Below, piece after piece: positions 23,101-33,361 of a stretch of 64,000 bases of DNA. The stretch is taken from assembly GCA_000165345.1 (NCBI GenBank), contig CM000432.1, forward strand, positions 32,001-96,000. Direction: 5' to 3'. Numbering within the stretch: position 1 is the stretch's first letter; the number at the start of each line of letters is the position of its first letter. A program made the position numbers and the translations under genes. The notes under the pieces are model-generated. The model worked only from the letters and a program-made list of their open reading frames with translations. It was not told where the DNA came from and made no database searches.

Positions 23101-25699
23101 AATAGCAAAAGCTAAGGCAAAATCAAAGTCTAATTCTGTCTTATCAAAGCTTCCTTCTAAAGTTAATAAAGAAACAAGCAAAGCTGAGAATGATTTAGAA
23201 AATGAGATAGAAAAAGATGATGAATCAAATAAAAAAGAAACTAAAAAGGAGGAAGATTCAATAGCAAAGCTTAAAGCAAAAGTACCTGTTAAGCCAAGTC
23301 CTTTATTGAAATCAAAGAGTGAAAAAGAAAAGGAGAAAGAAGAAGATAAAGATGAGGAGAAGAAAGAAAAGGACAAAGAGAAAAAGGAAAAGTTAAAAGA
23401 AAAAGAAGAGGAAGGTAAGGAGAAAAGTAATGAAAAGGATAAAGGAGAAGATAAGGATGAAAAGGATAAATCAAAAAGTAAAATAAAAGACTCTCAGAAA
23501 GAGGAAAAATTAGAAGAAACGGAGAAAAATTCATTAAAGAAAGAGTCCAAAGATGATGAGAAGAAAGAAAAGGAGGATCCAATAGCGAAACTTAAGGCGA
23601 AAGTACCTGTTAAGCCAAGTCCTTTATTGAAATCAAAGAGTGAAAAAGAAAAGGAGAAAGAAGATAAAGATGAGGAGAAGAAAGAAAAGGAGGACAAAGA
23701 GAAAAAGGAAAAGTTAAAAGAAAAAGGAGAGGAAGGCAAGGAAAAGGAGGAAGGTAAAGAAAAGGAGAAAGAGAAAGAAAAGGATGAAAAGGATAAATCA
23801 AAAAGTAAAACAAAAGATTTTGAGAAAGAAAAATTAAAGGAAACTGAAAAGGGCGAAAAAGAAGCCGAAAAAGATTCATCAAAGAAAGAGTCCAAAGATG
23901 AGGAGAAGAAAGAAAAGGAGGATCCAATAGCAAAACTTAAGGCAAAGGTACCTGTTAAGCCAAGTCCTTTATTGAAATCAAAGAGTGAAAAAGAAAAGGA
24001 GAAAGAAGAAGATAAAGATGAGGAGAAGAAAGAAAAGGAGGACAAAGAGAAAAAAGAAAAGTTAAAAGAAAAAGAAGAGGAAGGTAAAGAAAAAGAGAAA
24101 GAAAAGGTCAAAGCTCAAAAGAAAAAAGATGAAAAGGAAGAAAAAGATAAGGACGAAAAAGAAGATGATAAAGAAAAGAGTAAAGAAAGTGAAAATCTTG
24201 AAAAAAAACCAACTATTTCAGAAAAAGTTATAAACCCTGAAGGTAAAATTGATGAGAAGGACTCAGAAAAAGAAACTTTAAATCATAGTAAAACTAAGGA
24301 AATTGCTAAAACAAAGGCTGCAGCTCAACTTAAGGCAGCTATATTAGCAAGAGCATCATCTAAAAAGAATATATCAGCTGATAATAGTGAAGATTCAAAG
24401 TTAAAGAAATCTGAATCTAAGAAAGATATTATCAAAGATGAAGCCAAAGATGAAAGTAAGACAAATAAAGATGGAAAGGATCTCAAAAAAACTTTGAAAG
24501 AAGGTGAGGGTTCAATTTCAAAGGTTAAAGGAAAAGGTAAGGTAAAGACTAAGGCAAAGGCAAAAGAAGCCCCACCTCCAGCTGAAGAATCAAGTTGGTT
24601 CAGTGGTTGGTTTGGAACTTCAGCACCGGAAGAACCTCCCAAAGAAGAGGAGAAAAAAGAAGAGAAAAAAGAGGATGAAACGCCGCCACCACCACCACCA
24701 GCTGAGGAGTCAAGTTGGTTCAGTGGTTGGTTTGGAACCTCAGCACCTGAAGAACCACCTAAGGAGGATCCAGCGAAAAAACCTCCTAAAAAGCATTTAG
24801 TTAAGAAATCATCTTCTGTGAAGAAAGATGATGGCGAAAAGAAAGAAGAAAAGGAGGAAAAGAAGGAGGTGAAGAAAGACGAAAAAGAGGAGAAGAAAGA
24901 TGAAAAAGAGGATAAGAAAGACGAAAAGAAGGAAGGAATAGAGGAGACAAAAGAGAAGAAAGAGGAGAAGAAGGAAGGTGACGAAAAGAAGGATGAAACA
25001 GATAATAAGGAGGTAAAGGAAATTGCTGAAAAGGAAAAAACAGGGGTAGACCCAGAGAAAAAAGCTGTCAAAGCAAAGACAAAATCTAAAGCAAAGGCTA
25101 AAGCTAAGGAAGAGCCACCTCCTGCACCACCAGCAGAAGAATCAAGTTGGTTCAGTGGTTGGTTTGGAGCTTCAGCACCGGAAGAACCTCCTAAAGAAGA
25201 GGAGAAAAAAGAAGAGAAAAAAGAGGATGCACCACCAGCTGAAGAGTCGAGCTGGTTCGGCGGTTGGTTTGGAGCCTCCACACCTGAAGAGCCACCTAAG
25301 GAAGATCCAGCAAAAAGACCTACTCCAAAAGTACATCCGGCAAAAAAATCATCCTCCGTGAAGAAGGATAATGATGAAAAGAAAGAAGAAAAGGAGGAAA
25401 AGAAGGAGGAGAAAAAAGAGGAAAAGAAGGAGGAGAAGAAAGAGGAAAAGGAGGAAAAGAAAGAGGACGATGAAAAAGAAAAAAAAGTAGTAAAAGCTAA
25501 AACAAAAACAAAAGCAAAAGCAAAAGCCAAGGCTAAGGAAGAGCCACCTCCTGCACCACCAGCAGAAGAGTCAAGCTGGTTCAGTGGCTGGTTTGGAGCT
25601 GCTGCACCCGCAGAGCCCGAGCCAGAACCAAATAAAGAAGAGCCAAAGGAGGAACAAAAAACTGAGGAACCTGCTGCAACATCCTGGTGGGGATGGTAA
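20198..25699 (+). CDS. Modular tandem-repeat protein (1833 aa): a coiled-coil N-terminus, then ~30 copies of KEKEEAEAKAKK, three copies of a ~110-aa K/E-rich module, five EESSWFSGWFG aromatic islands, and a terminal SWWGW
   Basis: Uninterrupted 5.5-kb ORF from ATG 20198. The first ~480 aa have heptad-like K/E/L/Q coiled-coil composition. The repeat arrays keep the reading frame and show variation mainly at synonymous positions. An E2F-like box lies downstream at 25831. Confidence 0.7.
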   Translation: MTISRSSSSLNEDGKINRSKIVPYITREMSIAQLQDKKYHSFVQNTLADYQASAFDAQKIALEKDKELKELRDTQNSVKVSLKYYQEKCQQLENELKATSMGLLYGRKEKEQEREIARLSTEITSFEKKKEELETNLRYYQDREMYLQHELELKENELNKLSQEFATLTETYNSTYSELEKCKFDLSTEQNNNKTLENQLKVKNDEITKYKGSLTTKEAEINNLKNEIQKLNSMVEINKSEINTISEQLKLKQKECLDYSSKIQQIELDMRKNLDENEVLIKDLNSQITLTRNDLTQKVELINELNSRISTLDLKLQESSRDILEKEKTIGKLKAEQQITSLEADGLKTKIQIIEQEKTNIEQEIETILVEKKKIDEELKDTINRKNSKLDEALTYRIESAITAEREINQLKEKNQIIEFEKKMMEEKLEISNNNIKIKDDEIQQLKTTIQDLNRQNIKLENELHSLQESSRRESVENTFRSSRIGSNIVSSKINASSGSTVNTSENTISSNIATSNAETVEKVVNADTLVDTSIQDSAVNAASTTVKMPSSKSISSKSAISSLPKPKAKSAVKSAPATEENNGDQTISEPASISEVKSKAGSKSMPVSKSKSVIKAKSQVVAKSDMDSGQIVKEDNETKDNEDEAAKVRAQKEKEEAEAKALKEKEEAEAKAKKEKEEAEAKALKEKEEAEAKAKKEKEKEEAEAKAKKEKEEAEAKAKKEKEEAEAKALKEKEEAEAKAKKEKEKEEAEAKAKKEKEEAEAKAKKEKEEAEAKAKKEKEEAEAKAKKEKEEAEAKAKKEKEEAEAKAKKEKEEAEAKAKKEKEEAEAKAKKEKEEAEAEAEAKAKKEKEEAEAKAKKEKEEAEAKAKKEKEEAEAKAKKEKEEAEAKAKKEKEEAEAKAKKEKEEAEAKAKKEKEEAEAKAKKEKEEADTKEKEKTEIKENSKIDSDSEENSESKEKKSTGLLAKTIAKAKAKSKSNSVLSKLPSKVNKETSKAENDLENEIEKDDESNKKETKKEEDSIAKLKAKVPVKPSPLLKSKSEKEKEKEEDKDEEKKEKDKEKKEKLKEKEEEGKEKSNEKDKGEDKDEKDKSKSKIKDSQKEEKLEETEKNSLKKESKDDEKKEKEDPIAKLKAKVPVKPSPLLKSKSEKEKEKEDKDEEKKEKEDKEKKEKLKEKGEEGKEKEEGKEKEKEKEKDEKDKSKSKTKDFEKEKLKETEKGEKEAEKDSSKKESKDEEKKEKEDPIAKLKAKVPVKPSPLLKSKSEKEKEKEEDKDEEKKEKEDKEKKEKLKEKEEEGKEKEKEKVKAQKKKDEKEEKDKDEKEDDKEKSKESENLEKKPTISEKVINPEGKIDEKDSEKETLNHSKTKEIAKTKAAAQLKAAILARASSKKNISADNSEDSKLKKSESKKDIIKDEAKDESKTNKDGKDLKKTLKEGEGSISKVKGKGKVKTKAKAKEAPPPAEESSWFSGWFGTSAPEEPPKEEEKKEEKKEDETPPPPPPAEESSWFSGWFGTSAPEEPPKEDPAKKPPKKHLVKKSSSVKKDDGEKKEEKEEKKEVKKDEKEEKKDEKEDKKDEKKEGIEETKEKKEEKKEGDEKKDETDNKEVKEIAEKEKTGVDPEKKAVKAKTKSKAKAKAKEEPPPAPPAEESSWFSGWFGASAPEEPPKEEEKKEEKKEDAPPAEESSWFGGWFGASTPEEPPKEDPAKRPTPKVHPAKKSSSVKKDNDEKKEEKEEKKEEKKEEKKEEKKEEKEEKKEDDEKEKKVVKAKTKTKAKAKAKAKEEPPPAPPAEESSWFSGWFGAAAPAEPEPEPNKEEPKEEQKTEEPAATSWWGW
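22150..22990 (+). repeat. Coding tandem array with a 36-nt period, about 30 copies of KEKEEAEAKAKK
   Basis: Units of the form gaa gaa gct gag gcc aaa gct aag aaa gaa aag gag recur with gag/gaa, gct/gcc/gca and aag/aaa wobble changes. Occasional KEKEKEE (+6 nt) and EAEAEAEA variants occur. Confidence 0.85.
23257..24110 (+). repeat. Three tandem ~330-nt coding repeats (DPIAKLKAKVPVKPSPLLKSKSEKEKEKEEDKDEEKKEK...GKEK)
   Basis: The copies start near 23257, 23577 and 23917. The DNA is nearly identical between copies, with small indels. Confidence 0.8.
24580..25699 (+). repeat. Five interspersed PPPAEESSWFSGWFG(T/A)SAPEEPPKE islands in two alternating flavours, plus a terminal TSWWGW
   Basis: The gaatcaagttggttcagtggttggtttgga-type segments lie at about 24586, 24706, 25140, 25243 and 25569. 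They form a higher-order A/B repeat. Confidence 0.8.
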
Positions 25700-25830
25700 A
25701 TTTAATGTATCATATAATAATAATATTAATTTAATTAGTATTTCTATTAGCGAAATAGTTACGTTTTCATATATTTGAATTATCTTAAAATATAATCTTA
25801 TTTTTACAAATGCACATACACAATTTTTAA

Positions 25831-25838
25831 GGCGGGAA
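25831..25838. promoter_or_regulatory. GGCGGGAA E2F-type box upstream of the UBE2K-like gene
   Basis: tttttaaGGCGGGAAttc. Confidence 0.4.
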
Positions 25839-26326
25839 TTCTCTCGTGTAGTATATAATTTTTTTTTCAAGGGGAAAATATAGGTAAAAACAATCGTTTT
25901 GAATTTAGAATATTCTAAAACAATTTCAGTATTAAGGGTAAAGAAAAATAAGATATACAGAAGGTTTTTATAATATTTTTAGTATTACAACAAAATTAAT
26001 ATTATAAAATATTGAAGGGATTAGCACGTATTGTGGAAACAAATTTGTAAATTAAAAAAAAACTCTAAATTCGTGCATAGAGGGGAGATTTTGAATAAAC
26101 AAAAAAAAAAATAATTATTATAAAAAAGATATAATATTCTGTAATCACCAAGTAAAAGGTCGTATATAATCATATTCATAATATTTATGATTTAATATAC
26201 CAAGAAAATATAATTCCACAAAATATTTATTAAGAATTTATTTTTAGATTAATTCAAATTATTAATATTATTTTCAACTAAATTAAACAAAAAAAAAAAA
26301 AAATAATTATCAATATTACAGGTAAA

Positions 26327-26979
26327 ATGGGAGATAACAAAAGAATGACTCTGGTAAGTTTAACAACTATGCTTATTGGCCTTAATTAATTTTTTATTAT
26401 AAATATTTAAAGGAACTCAGAGGCCTCCAAGTATTTACAGACGAGCTTGAAGAAGATAAGCAGGTTGGAATAAAGCTGATTGGTAATAGAAACGACAACT
26501 TTTTGGGTATTATTAGAGGGCCTATAGGAACACCATATGAAGGTGGTATATTCCAACTTGATATTATTGTACCAAAAGAATATCCATACGAGCCTCCAAA
26601 AGTTAAATTCATCACAAGAATTTGGCATCCGAATATTTCTAGTCAAACAGGAGCTATTTGCTTGGATATTTTAAAAGATGCCTGGAGCCCTGCTTTAACT
26701 CTTAGAACAGTAATGCTTTCTATACAAGCATTACTCTCTTCTCCTGAACCAAATGATCCTCAAGATGCATTGGTCGCATCTCTATACAAAAGTGATTACC
26801 AAGAATATATTGAAACGGCCAAAAGTTGGACACAAATGTATGCAAAGCCAACATCAAAGGAAGAAAGGATTAAGAGATTTCTTGATATGGGATTCAACCG
26901 TGAATCTATAATAACAGCACTAGAAAGAAATAATTGGGATGAAAATCTCGCTCTAAATGAGCTATTATTTGAAAACTAA
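26327..26979 (+). CDS. Ubiquitin-conjugating enzyme E2 with a C-terminal UBA domain (UBE2K/E2-25K-like). Two exons: 26327..26353 and 26413..26979
   Basis: UBC core HPNISSQTGAICLDILKDAWSPALTLRTV and the UBA-like tail EERIKRFLDMGFNRESIITALERNNWDENLALNELL match UBE2K closely. The ORF has no ATG of its own. ATGGGAGATAACAAAAGAATGACTCTG followed by GTAAGT at 26354 and TTTAAAG at 26406..26412 splices in frame, giving a 59-nt intron. Confidence 0.75.
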
Positions 26980-27193
26980 CTTTTTTAACGTATTTTACCT
27001 AACTTTACGTTAATATTCTTAATTACAATTCAGTGTTTTTAAATACCTAAATCAGCTATCAATTACTAAATTATTGCCCACCGAATGCCTTAATATAATT
27101 ACATCTTCCATATTAAATTTTATTTGTTTAGTTCTCTTTCTCATATTTTCCACCTCCCCACATTAAGCATGTATAGCCCATGCATCAATACAA

Positions 27194-27205
27194 GGCGCGC
27201 GCGCC
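27194..27205. promoter_or_regulatory. GGCGCGCGCGCC palindromic GC box upstream of the secreted-protein gene; CATGCAT (27179-27185) and GCATGTA elements are adjacent
   Basis: caaGGCGCGCGCGCCaaa, ~200 bp 5' of ATG 27410. Confidence 0.4.
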
Positions 27206-27409
27206 AAAGCAGTGTCTTGTGTGATTTTACATGTCAAATTATTGCAATGTTAGTGGTTAAATAAAAAAAATTTAAGAAATTAAAATAAAGTCAATACAAT
27301 CATTAATATTCTATTTACAGAGTAATAAAGGTTTTCTATGTTGGCATTTTTGAATTTGTAAATTTAAAACAAGGGGAAAAAGTGTTATCAGTTGGAGTAA
27401 AAGGTTTAC

Positions 27410-28363
27410 ATGAAGTCTTTCATTTTGATTTTACTTTTTTTAAATTTTTCTCTAATACTAAAGGTAAGATAAATTTAATCAATCATTTATTATATTTCTT
27501 ACAATTTTTCCAGGTTTTAGCAGAAAATCAGTCAAAAAAAGATGATTCTGAATTACTATATACTAAGGATAATGTACGTTTGAATAATATTTTAATGACC
27601 TCAATCAAAAAAGGCTTTAGATTAATTATATTATAACAGGCAGTTGCTTATATAGATATTCTAAATTTGTAAATGAATTTAAAAGAGTTAGTAGAAATAG
27701 TTTATTATGGCCAAAGTTAACAAAAAATGAAAGTAATGCAAAACTAAAACATCGATTTAATGAGAAATATGCAATGCTTAGTTCCTTTATGGCAATCAAA
27801 AAAATATTACAAATTCAATCAAAATACTCGGCAAACAATGATTATTTCGATACTGTTGTGCTTTTGAGGGTCAATATAGCACTAATGGAAATCACTCTTG
27901 AATCTAAGCTGAATGAAATACCTGAAGATGCTAGAAATAAAGTATTTGAACTGAAAAAGAGAATTATAACAAATAATTATGTATTGAATAAGTATTATCA
28001 AAATCAGTTCAATATTCTAAACCTTGAAAGAAAAAATTTATTCAAGGTTTTTTTACGCTATTTTATTTACCCTGCATATTTAGATCTTTACAGTTATGGA
28101 AATATTATATTATCGAGGTAAGTTGTGCTTAAATATACTCATTCAAGTTGAAATGAATAAATAATTAATAAAATCTGAATATCAATAGGCTTGACCAAAA
28201 ATTACAAAAAAAAGTTGCATATATTTATAAAGATGTTAGCTCATTAAAAAAGACGTTTTTAGGATTATTTGACACTGTAAGTTATTATATATATATATAT
28301 ATATATAATTTAAGTAACCTGATTATATTTTAAACCAAAATTTTCAAAATTTAGTGTAACTGA
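27410..28363 (+). CDS. Predicted multi-exon gene for a small secreted protein with a signal peptide (MKSFILILLFLNFSLILK). Provisional exons: 27410..27463, 27514..27573, 27621..28117, 28189..28276, 28355..28363
   Basis: Not in the ORF track as one unit. GTAAGA and TTTTCCAG bound a 50-nt intron (27464..27513). GTACGT to TTTAG (27574..27620) joins to a 166-codon open frame that ends exactly at GTAAGT (28118). A 71-nt intron leads to an 88-nt exon that ends at GTAAGT (28277), and this intron contains an (AT)n run. The terminal exon is uncertain. Junctions 2-4 are inferred only from frame consistency. Confidence 0.35.
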
Positions 28364-28471
28364 AAGAAACATAGTATAGCATTATTAAAGTAATTAATTA
28401 TAATTTATTTTTCAAGAGCAAAAAAATGAATAAAACGATAAAACAATAAATTAGTAAAAGTAATTGATTTA

Positions 28472-29785
28472 TTAACTATTATTTACCATATATATTTTAT
28501 TGTTAATTTGTTTAATAAAGAAGAACGTTGCTTTAGAAATGGATTCAAAAATAACATAAAGAGGTATCTTGTTTTGTACCGTAATATTCTTCCAAAGATT
28601 TCGGACAAGAGAAGAGTGAATTAGAGCAGTATCTTCAATACTTGAACCAAGCAATGCAATAGGAGCTATAAATTCATTGTGAACAAAGTTGATCATTTCA
28701 TCGATTTCTCTGGAAATTTCAATACTCTTTTTTCTATCAATATTTGATAGATCTCTAGTATTCCATATACCAAACCCTTTTTCATGATGCATTAAAATAT
28801 CAAAGTTCTCATCTTGATATCTGTAGCTAAAGGCAGTATGTACCGGACAACTCTTAATATTACTTCTAAATAAGTTTAAATTGGTGGATAATTTTTTGAA
28901 GCTTTTACGTTGAACCTTATTTAATAATAATAATCCAACCTGAGATGCCTTAATATCAATAAGCTTTAGTAATATTCTAATATATCCCTTTAGTTCAATA
29001 ACCATATTAATCATTGCTTCCTCAGATCTTTTATATTTAATTTCTGGAATATTTTGATTAAAATCATTAACAAATAATTTTTTAAATAACTTTTTATATT
29101 TTCTATCTGCAGTTTTAGATTTATTATTCAGCTTATTAATTGTATCTCCCAATTCTCCTTCATCAAACAATGATGAAACCCCCATCTTTTGTGAAATTTG
29201 TCGTAACTGACGTAGAGCTGAAGGAATCCTTTGAACATACTCTTTATGTATTTCATTATCCCAGTAGTACCAAATTGTATTGTGCATCTTTTCCATTGTA
29301 ATTTGCCAATCAAGGTCGTTTAACTTTGATAAGAAATTTTCATCTATAATTACGTTTGAGATTTCCTCACCTTTCTTTAATGGAGTCAAACTTTCAAATT
29401 TGTTATTTCGAGTTAAATTAGAATCAAATTCATGATCTAAAAGAGTTTCAAACATTTCTGTTAAGATTTTATTCTTCTCCATCTTTTCCTTCTCGACAAC
29501 CTTCTTAATATCTTCTTCTGTGATTTCACGAGTAATTTCAGTTTTATTATCGAGCTTTTCAGAATCAAAGGTCAAATTTGTATCTACCTGTAATCTTTTA
29601 ATCATATTTTCAACCTCTTCCATAATAATTTGACCTCTATTGTTTCCAATCACATCGTCTGATGTATTGTTGTAATTTTCAATTTCTTTGTATTCATCAA
29701 TGTTCTCGCTCAATGCTAAACCAAAGAAAATTACAAAAATAAAAACAGCCTGGAAAAAATAAACTTCCAGATAATTTAAATTCAT
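28472..29785 (-). CDS. Hypothetical secreted or type-II membrane protein with an N-terminal hydrophobic signal (YFFQAVFIFVIFFGLALS). The true ATG is at 29785..29783
   Basis: 437-codon ORF. The track start is TTG, and the first ATG is two codons in. N-glycosylation-type N-x-S/T sites occur. No domain recognised. Confidence 0.5.
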   Translation of the reverse strand: MNLNYLEVYFFQAVFIFVIFFGLALSENIDEYKEIENYNNTSDDVIGNNRGQIIMEEVENMIKRLQVDTNLTFDSEKLDNKTEITREITEEDIKKVVEKEKMEKNKILTEMFETLLDHEFDSNLTRNNKFESLTPLKKGEEISNVIIDENFLSKLNDLDWQITMEKMHNTIWYYWDNEIHKEYVQRIPSALRQLRQISQKMGVSSLFDEGELGDTINKLNNKSKTADRKYKKLFKKLFVNDFNQNIPEIKYKRSEEAMINMVIELKGYIRILLKLIDIKASQVGLLLLNKVQRKSFKKLSTNLNLFRSNIKSCPVHTAFSYRYQDENFDILMHHEKGFGIWNTRDLSNIDRKKSIEISREIDEMINFVHNEFIAPIALLGSSIEDTALIHSSLVRNLWKNITVQNKIPLYVIFESISKATFFFIKQINNKIYMVNNS

Positions 29786-30110
29786 ATTCAAATCTTTTGA
29801 TATCTAGTTTTATTACTTCGATTATATTGATGCCAATCGCTTATTTTTAGATCCTATTTACTGTTAAACAAATACTATGATAAATAAGTTTAATGTATTC
29901 GTTATATTGCAATAAGTTGCAAAGAAAGATATATATTACTCTTTCTTCGGTTAATGTTCTCTTAATTTATGTAGAATTTTCTCATATAATAAATCTTTTA
30001 ATTTCTTTTATTAAATTTTTTTTTTCCCCACGTAATTTTTTGTTATTTCAATTTTTGTGCGCCCAATTTAATAATTGTAGAAATATTTGAATGATATATA
30101 TAAATATGCA

Positions 30111-30143
<33 letters not shown>

Positions 30144-31498
30144 TAATATTAAATTTTATTACTAATTAAAATTATCTAATAGTTTTCTAATCAAAAAAAT
30201 CTTTAATTTTAATTTAAAAAAGTTAAATATAAAGGAAATTCATCATTTCTTCAATTAATTTGCTTTCACTAAATATTTGTTCAAAATTTTTTTTTACCGA
30301 AATAAATATAATTATAGACAATTAATTTTTTTTTCGTTTAACAAAAAATTTAGGATTTTGCTTGAATTATTTACAAATCACAGTTTATGTGAGTATTTGC
30401 AAATTTGGGAAAAAAATGTAGAATAGATAGTTGAAGGAGCCAACTTAGTCTATTTTAAATAAGAATAATCTATTATCAAGTCAAAAGTTAAAAAAGTATT
30501 GACAATAAAAATGATATCAATTCTATAACTATAAACAAAAAGCGTCGAATTTTTTACTAAAGTTTATTTAGTCTAGCAAATAAATCATTCGATATTTATA
30601 AAAAATATTACCTTAATTAAATAAGAAAGTTAAAATGCCTTAGCCATTTTTATTAATATTTCAAAACATCAAATTTATTGATCCGTGGAATATTTTCTGC
30701 AGATAGACTCGGCGTCTTGTCTACAAGAAGTGCATTTAACAGTCAAAGTATTAAGAGGGGTGTGTGTGTAATGCATATAAATTTTTGAAAATTTTTGAAA
30801 ATCGCGTTACGTAAAAAAAAATTAAATCTTTAAAGTCGGACGTATAATATACAAATTAACGTTTTTTTTGTATTTTTTTCTTTTTTTAACATTAAGTCTA
30901 TTGAATAAGTAAGTATTAAAAAAAATAATAATAGATTGTGGAAGGAGTCCACATTAATTACAATTATTATTATTTTTTTTTTAAATTGGAAATATTACTG
31001 TAATATACAAAAGAATTCAAAGCAAATTCATTTAATAATTAAAAAAAAAATATTGTACTAATTCTTCTGGATTTTATTCTGGAACTAATTTATATTATGT
31101 TTAATAAAAGGCATAGTTAAAGAAAATTGCTCTAATAATAAAAAGACATATATTACACATGTATACACGAAAACTCTTATAAAAAATATTATAAGTTAAT
31201 ATATATCTGTAAGAATATATATGAAAATATCAGTAATTTCTATAATTAAAGAGAATAATTTAAGTTAATTAATTTGAAAAAGCTTATTGTTTTGAAGAAA
31301 TAAAAACAGGAAAAGTTACAAGAATTCAAGGGATAAGGTAAGGGATATATTACAAAAAATATATATATACTAGAGAATAATAATTGTTTTATAAAAAGCA
31401 AGATATTTATGTAACTATTAAGGATAAAATTCCATAAATTACAAAATCAAGTATAAGTTTTGAAAAGATTTGAATTAATTTAAAATAATTGTGTGAAA

Positions 31499-32800
31499 AT
31501 GAGCAATGTTAATGTACAATTATCAAGAAAGCAACAACTATTAGAGAGAGGATGCAACGAAATGATAGAAGAAAAAACTAATTTGACTAATTTAAATCAC
31601 AATGTTACTTTGAGTTCTGGATTATCAACAACTGCAACATCTTCAACAAATTTGGAAACATCATCAAAAAAATATTCACTAGGAAAAACTTTGGGAACTG
31701 GATCATTTGGAATTGTTTGTGAGGTATTCGATATAGAATCAGGAAAAAGATTTGCTTTGAAAAAAGTTTTACAAGATCCAAGATATAAAAATAGAGAATT
31801 AGATATAATGAAGGTTTTGGATCATGTAAATATTATTAAATTAGTGGATTATTTTTATACAACAGGAGATGAAGAGCCAAAACCTCCTCAACCTCCTGAT
31901 GATCATAATAAATTAGGAGGAAAAAATAATGGAGTAAATAATCATCACAAAAGTGTAATTGTAAATCCATCTCAAAATAAGTATTTAAATGTCATTATGG
32001 AGTACGTTCCAGATACATTGCACAAAGTATTAAAGTCATTCATACGTTCTGGAAGATCTATACCAATGAATTTGATTAGCATTTATATCTATCAACTATT
32101 TAGAGCAGTTGGATTTATTCATTCATTAGGGATATGCCATAGAGATATCAAACCTCAGAATTTATTAGTTAATTCTAAAGATAACACATTAAAATTATGT
32201 GACTTTGGATCAGCTAAAAAATTGATTCCAAGTGAACCAAGCGTTGCATATATATGTAGTCGTTTTTATAGGGCTCCTGAATTAATGTTAGGAGCAACTG
32301 AGTATACTCCAAGCATTGATTTATGGAGTATTGGATGTGTTTTTGGTGAACTAATTCTGGGAAAACCATTATTTTCTGGTGAAACATCTATTGATCAGCT
32401 AGTGAGAATTATTCAGATTATGGGAACTCCAACAAAGGAACAAATGATTAGGATGAACCCACATTATACAGAAGTTAGATTTCCAACCTTGAAAGCAAAG
32501 GACTGGAGAAAGATACTTCCTGAAGGAACTCCTTCATTAGCAATTGATTTATTAGAGCAAATATTAAGATATGAGCCAGATTTGAGAATAAATCCATATG
32601 AGGCAATGGCTCATCCATTTTTTGATCATTTAAGGAATTCTTATGAATCAGAAGTAAAGAACAATAGTAATTTTCCACATGGAGTTAATCAGAACATACC
32701 ACAATTATTTAATTTCTCACCATATGAATTGTCAATCATTCCTGGGAATGTTTTAAACAGAATACTACCAAAAAATTTTTCTCCGAATTATAAACACTAA
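31499..32800 (+). CDS. GSK3: Glycogen synthase kinase-3 (GSK-3) family protein kinase with an S/T-rich N-terminal extension
   Basis: GTGSFGIVCEV glycine loop, ALKKVLQD, HRDIKPQNLL catalytic loop, LKLCDFGSAK, YICSRFYRAPEL and IDLWSIGCV match GSK-3 throughout. The first ATG is at 31499; the track's start is GTG. Confidence 0.85.
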   Translation: MSNVNVQLSRKQQLLERGCNEMIEEKTNLTNLNHNVTLSSGLSTTATSSTNLETSSKKYSLGKTLGTGSFGIVCEVFDIESGKRFALKKVLQDPRYKNRELDIMKVLDHVNIIKLVDYFYTTGDEEPKPPQPPDDHNKLGGKNNGVNNHHKSVIVNPSQNKYLNVIMEYVPDTLHKVLKSFIRSGRSIPMNLISIYIYQLFRAVGFIHSLGICHRDIKPQNLLVNSKDNTLKLCDFGSAKKLIPSEPSVAYICSRFYRAPELMLGATEYTPSIDLWSIGCVFGELILGKPLFSGETSIDQLVRIIQIMGTPTKEQMIRMNPHYTEVRFPTLKAKDWRKILPEGTPSLAIDLLEQILRYEPDLRINPYEAMAHPFFDHLRNSYESEVKNNSNFPHGVNQNIPQLFNFSPYELSIIPGNVLNRILPKNFSPNYKH

Positions 32801-33361
32801 ATTAATAAATTTTACCATTTTTTTTTTTAACAAGGCAAATCTTAATTAATTGTTTACATTAAAACTGTTGAGGTTTTATTAATTCTAAGATGAATTAAAT
32901 ATAAGAGTCTTAGTATTGAAAAAACTAATGAAAATAAGAGGATTTAGATTATCACTCGTAATGTCATTTAAAGTTTGACAAGTAAATTTACTTAAGAATT
33001 CATCTTGAATTTAATTTATACAGTGCGTAATTCACTCTTAATTGATATCCTTAAAGAAATAATGGTAGATAAGTTGTACAAAATAGAGTTATAATTAACT
33101 AATTATTTTATAGATTGTTTAAAATTTATATTGGAAATTAATTTTAGAAAAATATCTGTAATATTTATTCGCTTCGTTTCTAATTAAACGAATTCACTTT
33201 AAATAGATCTAGAAAAGGGCTACAAAGTTTTTAAAAAAAACGCTGTATATTAAAAATTAAATAATTCATTGAAAACTACACTATATATACATACAATTTT
33301 TTGATTCAAAATTAATTGAAGGTGATTTTATTAAATTAGAATAAATATAATGTACACAAAA

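Noticed and set aside
22150-25530. Long minus-strand ORFs (22150..23376, 23494..24111, 24325..25530 and others) encoding SFSFLALASAS-type peptides
   Set aside because: They are antisense read-through of the K/E/A tandem repeats. Stop codons are depleted because the sense strand is GAA/AAG/GCT-rich. The proteins are pure low-complexity mirror images, and the sense strand has a coherent 1833-aa ORF with a proper ATG.
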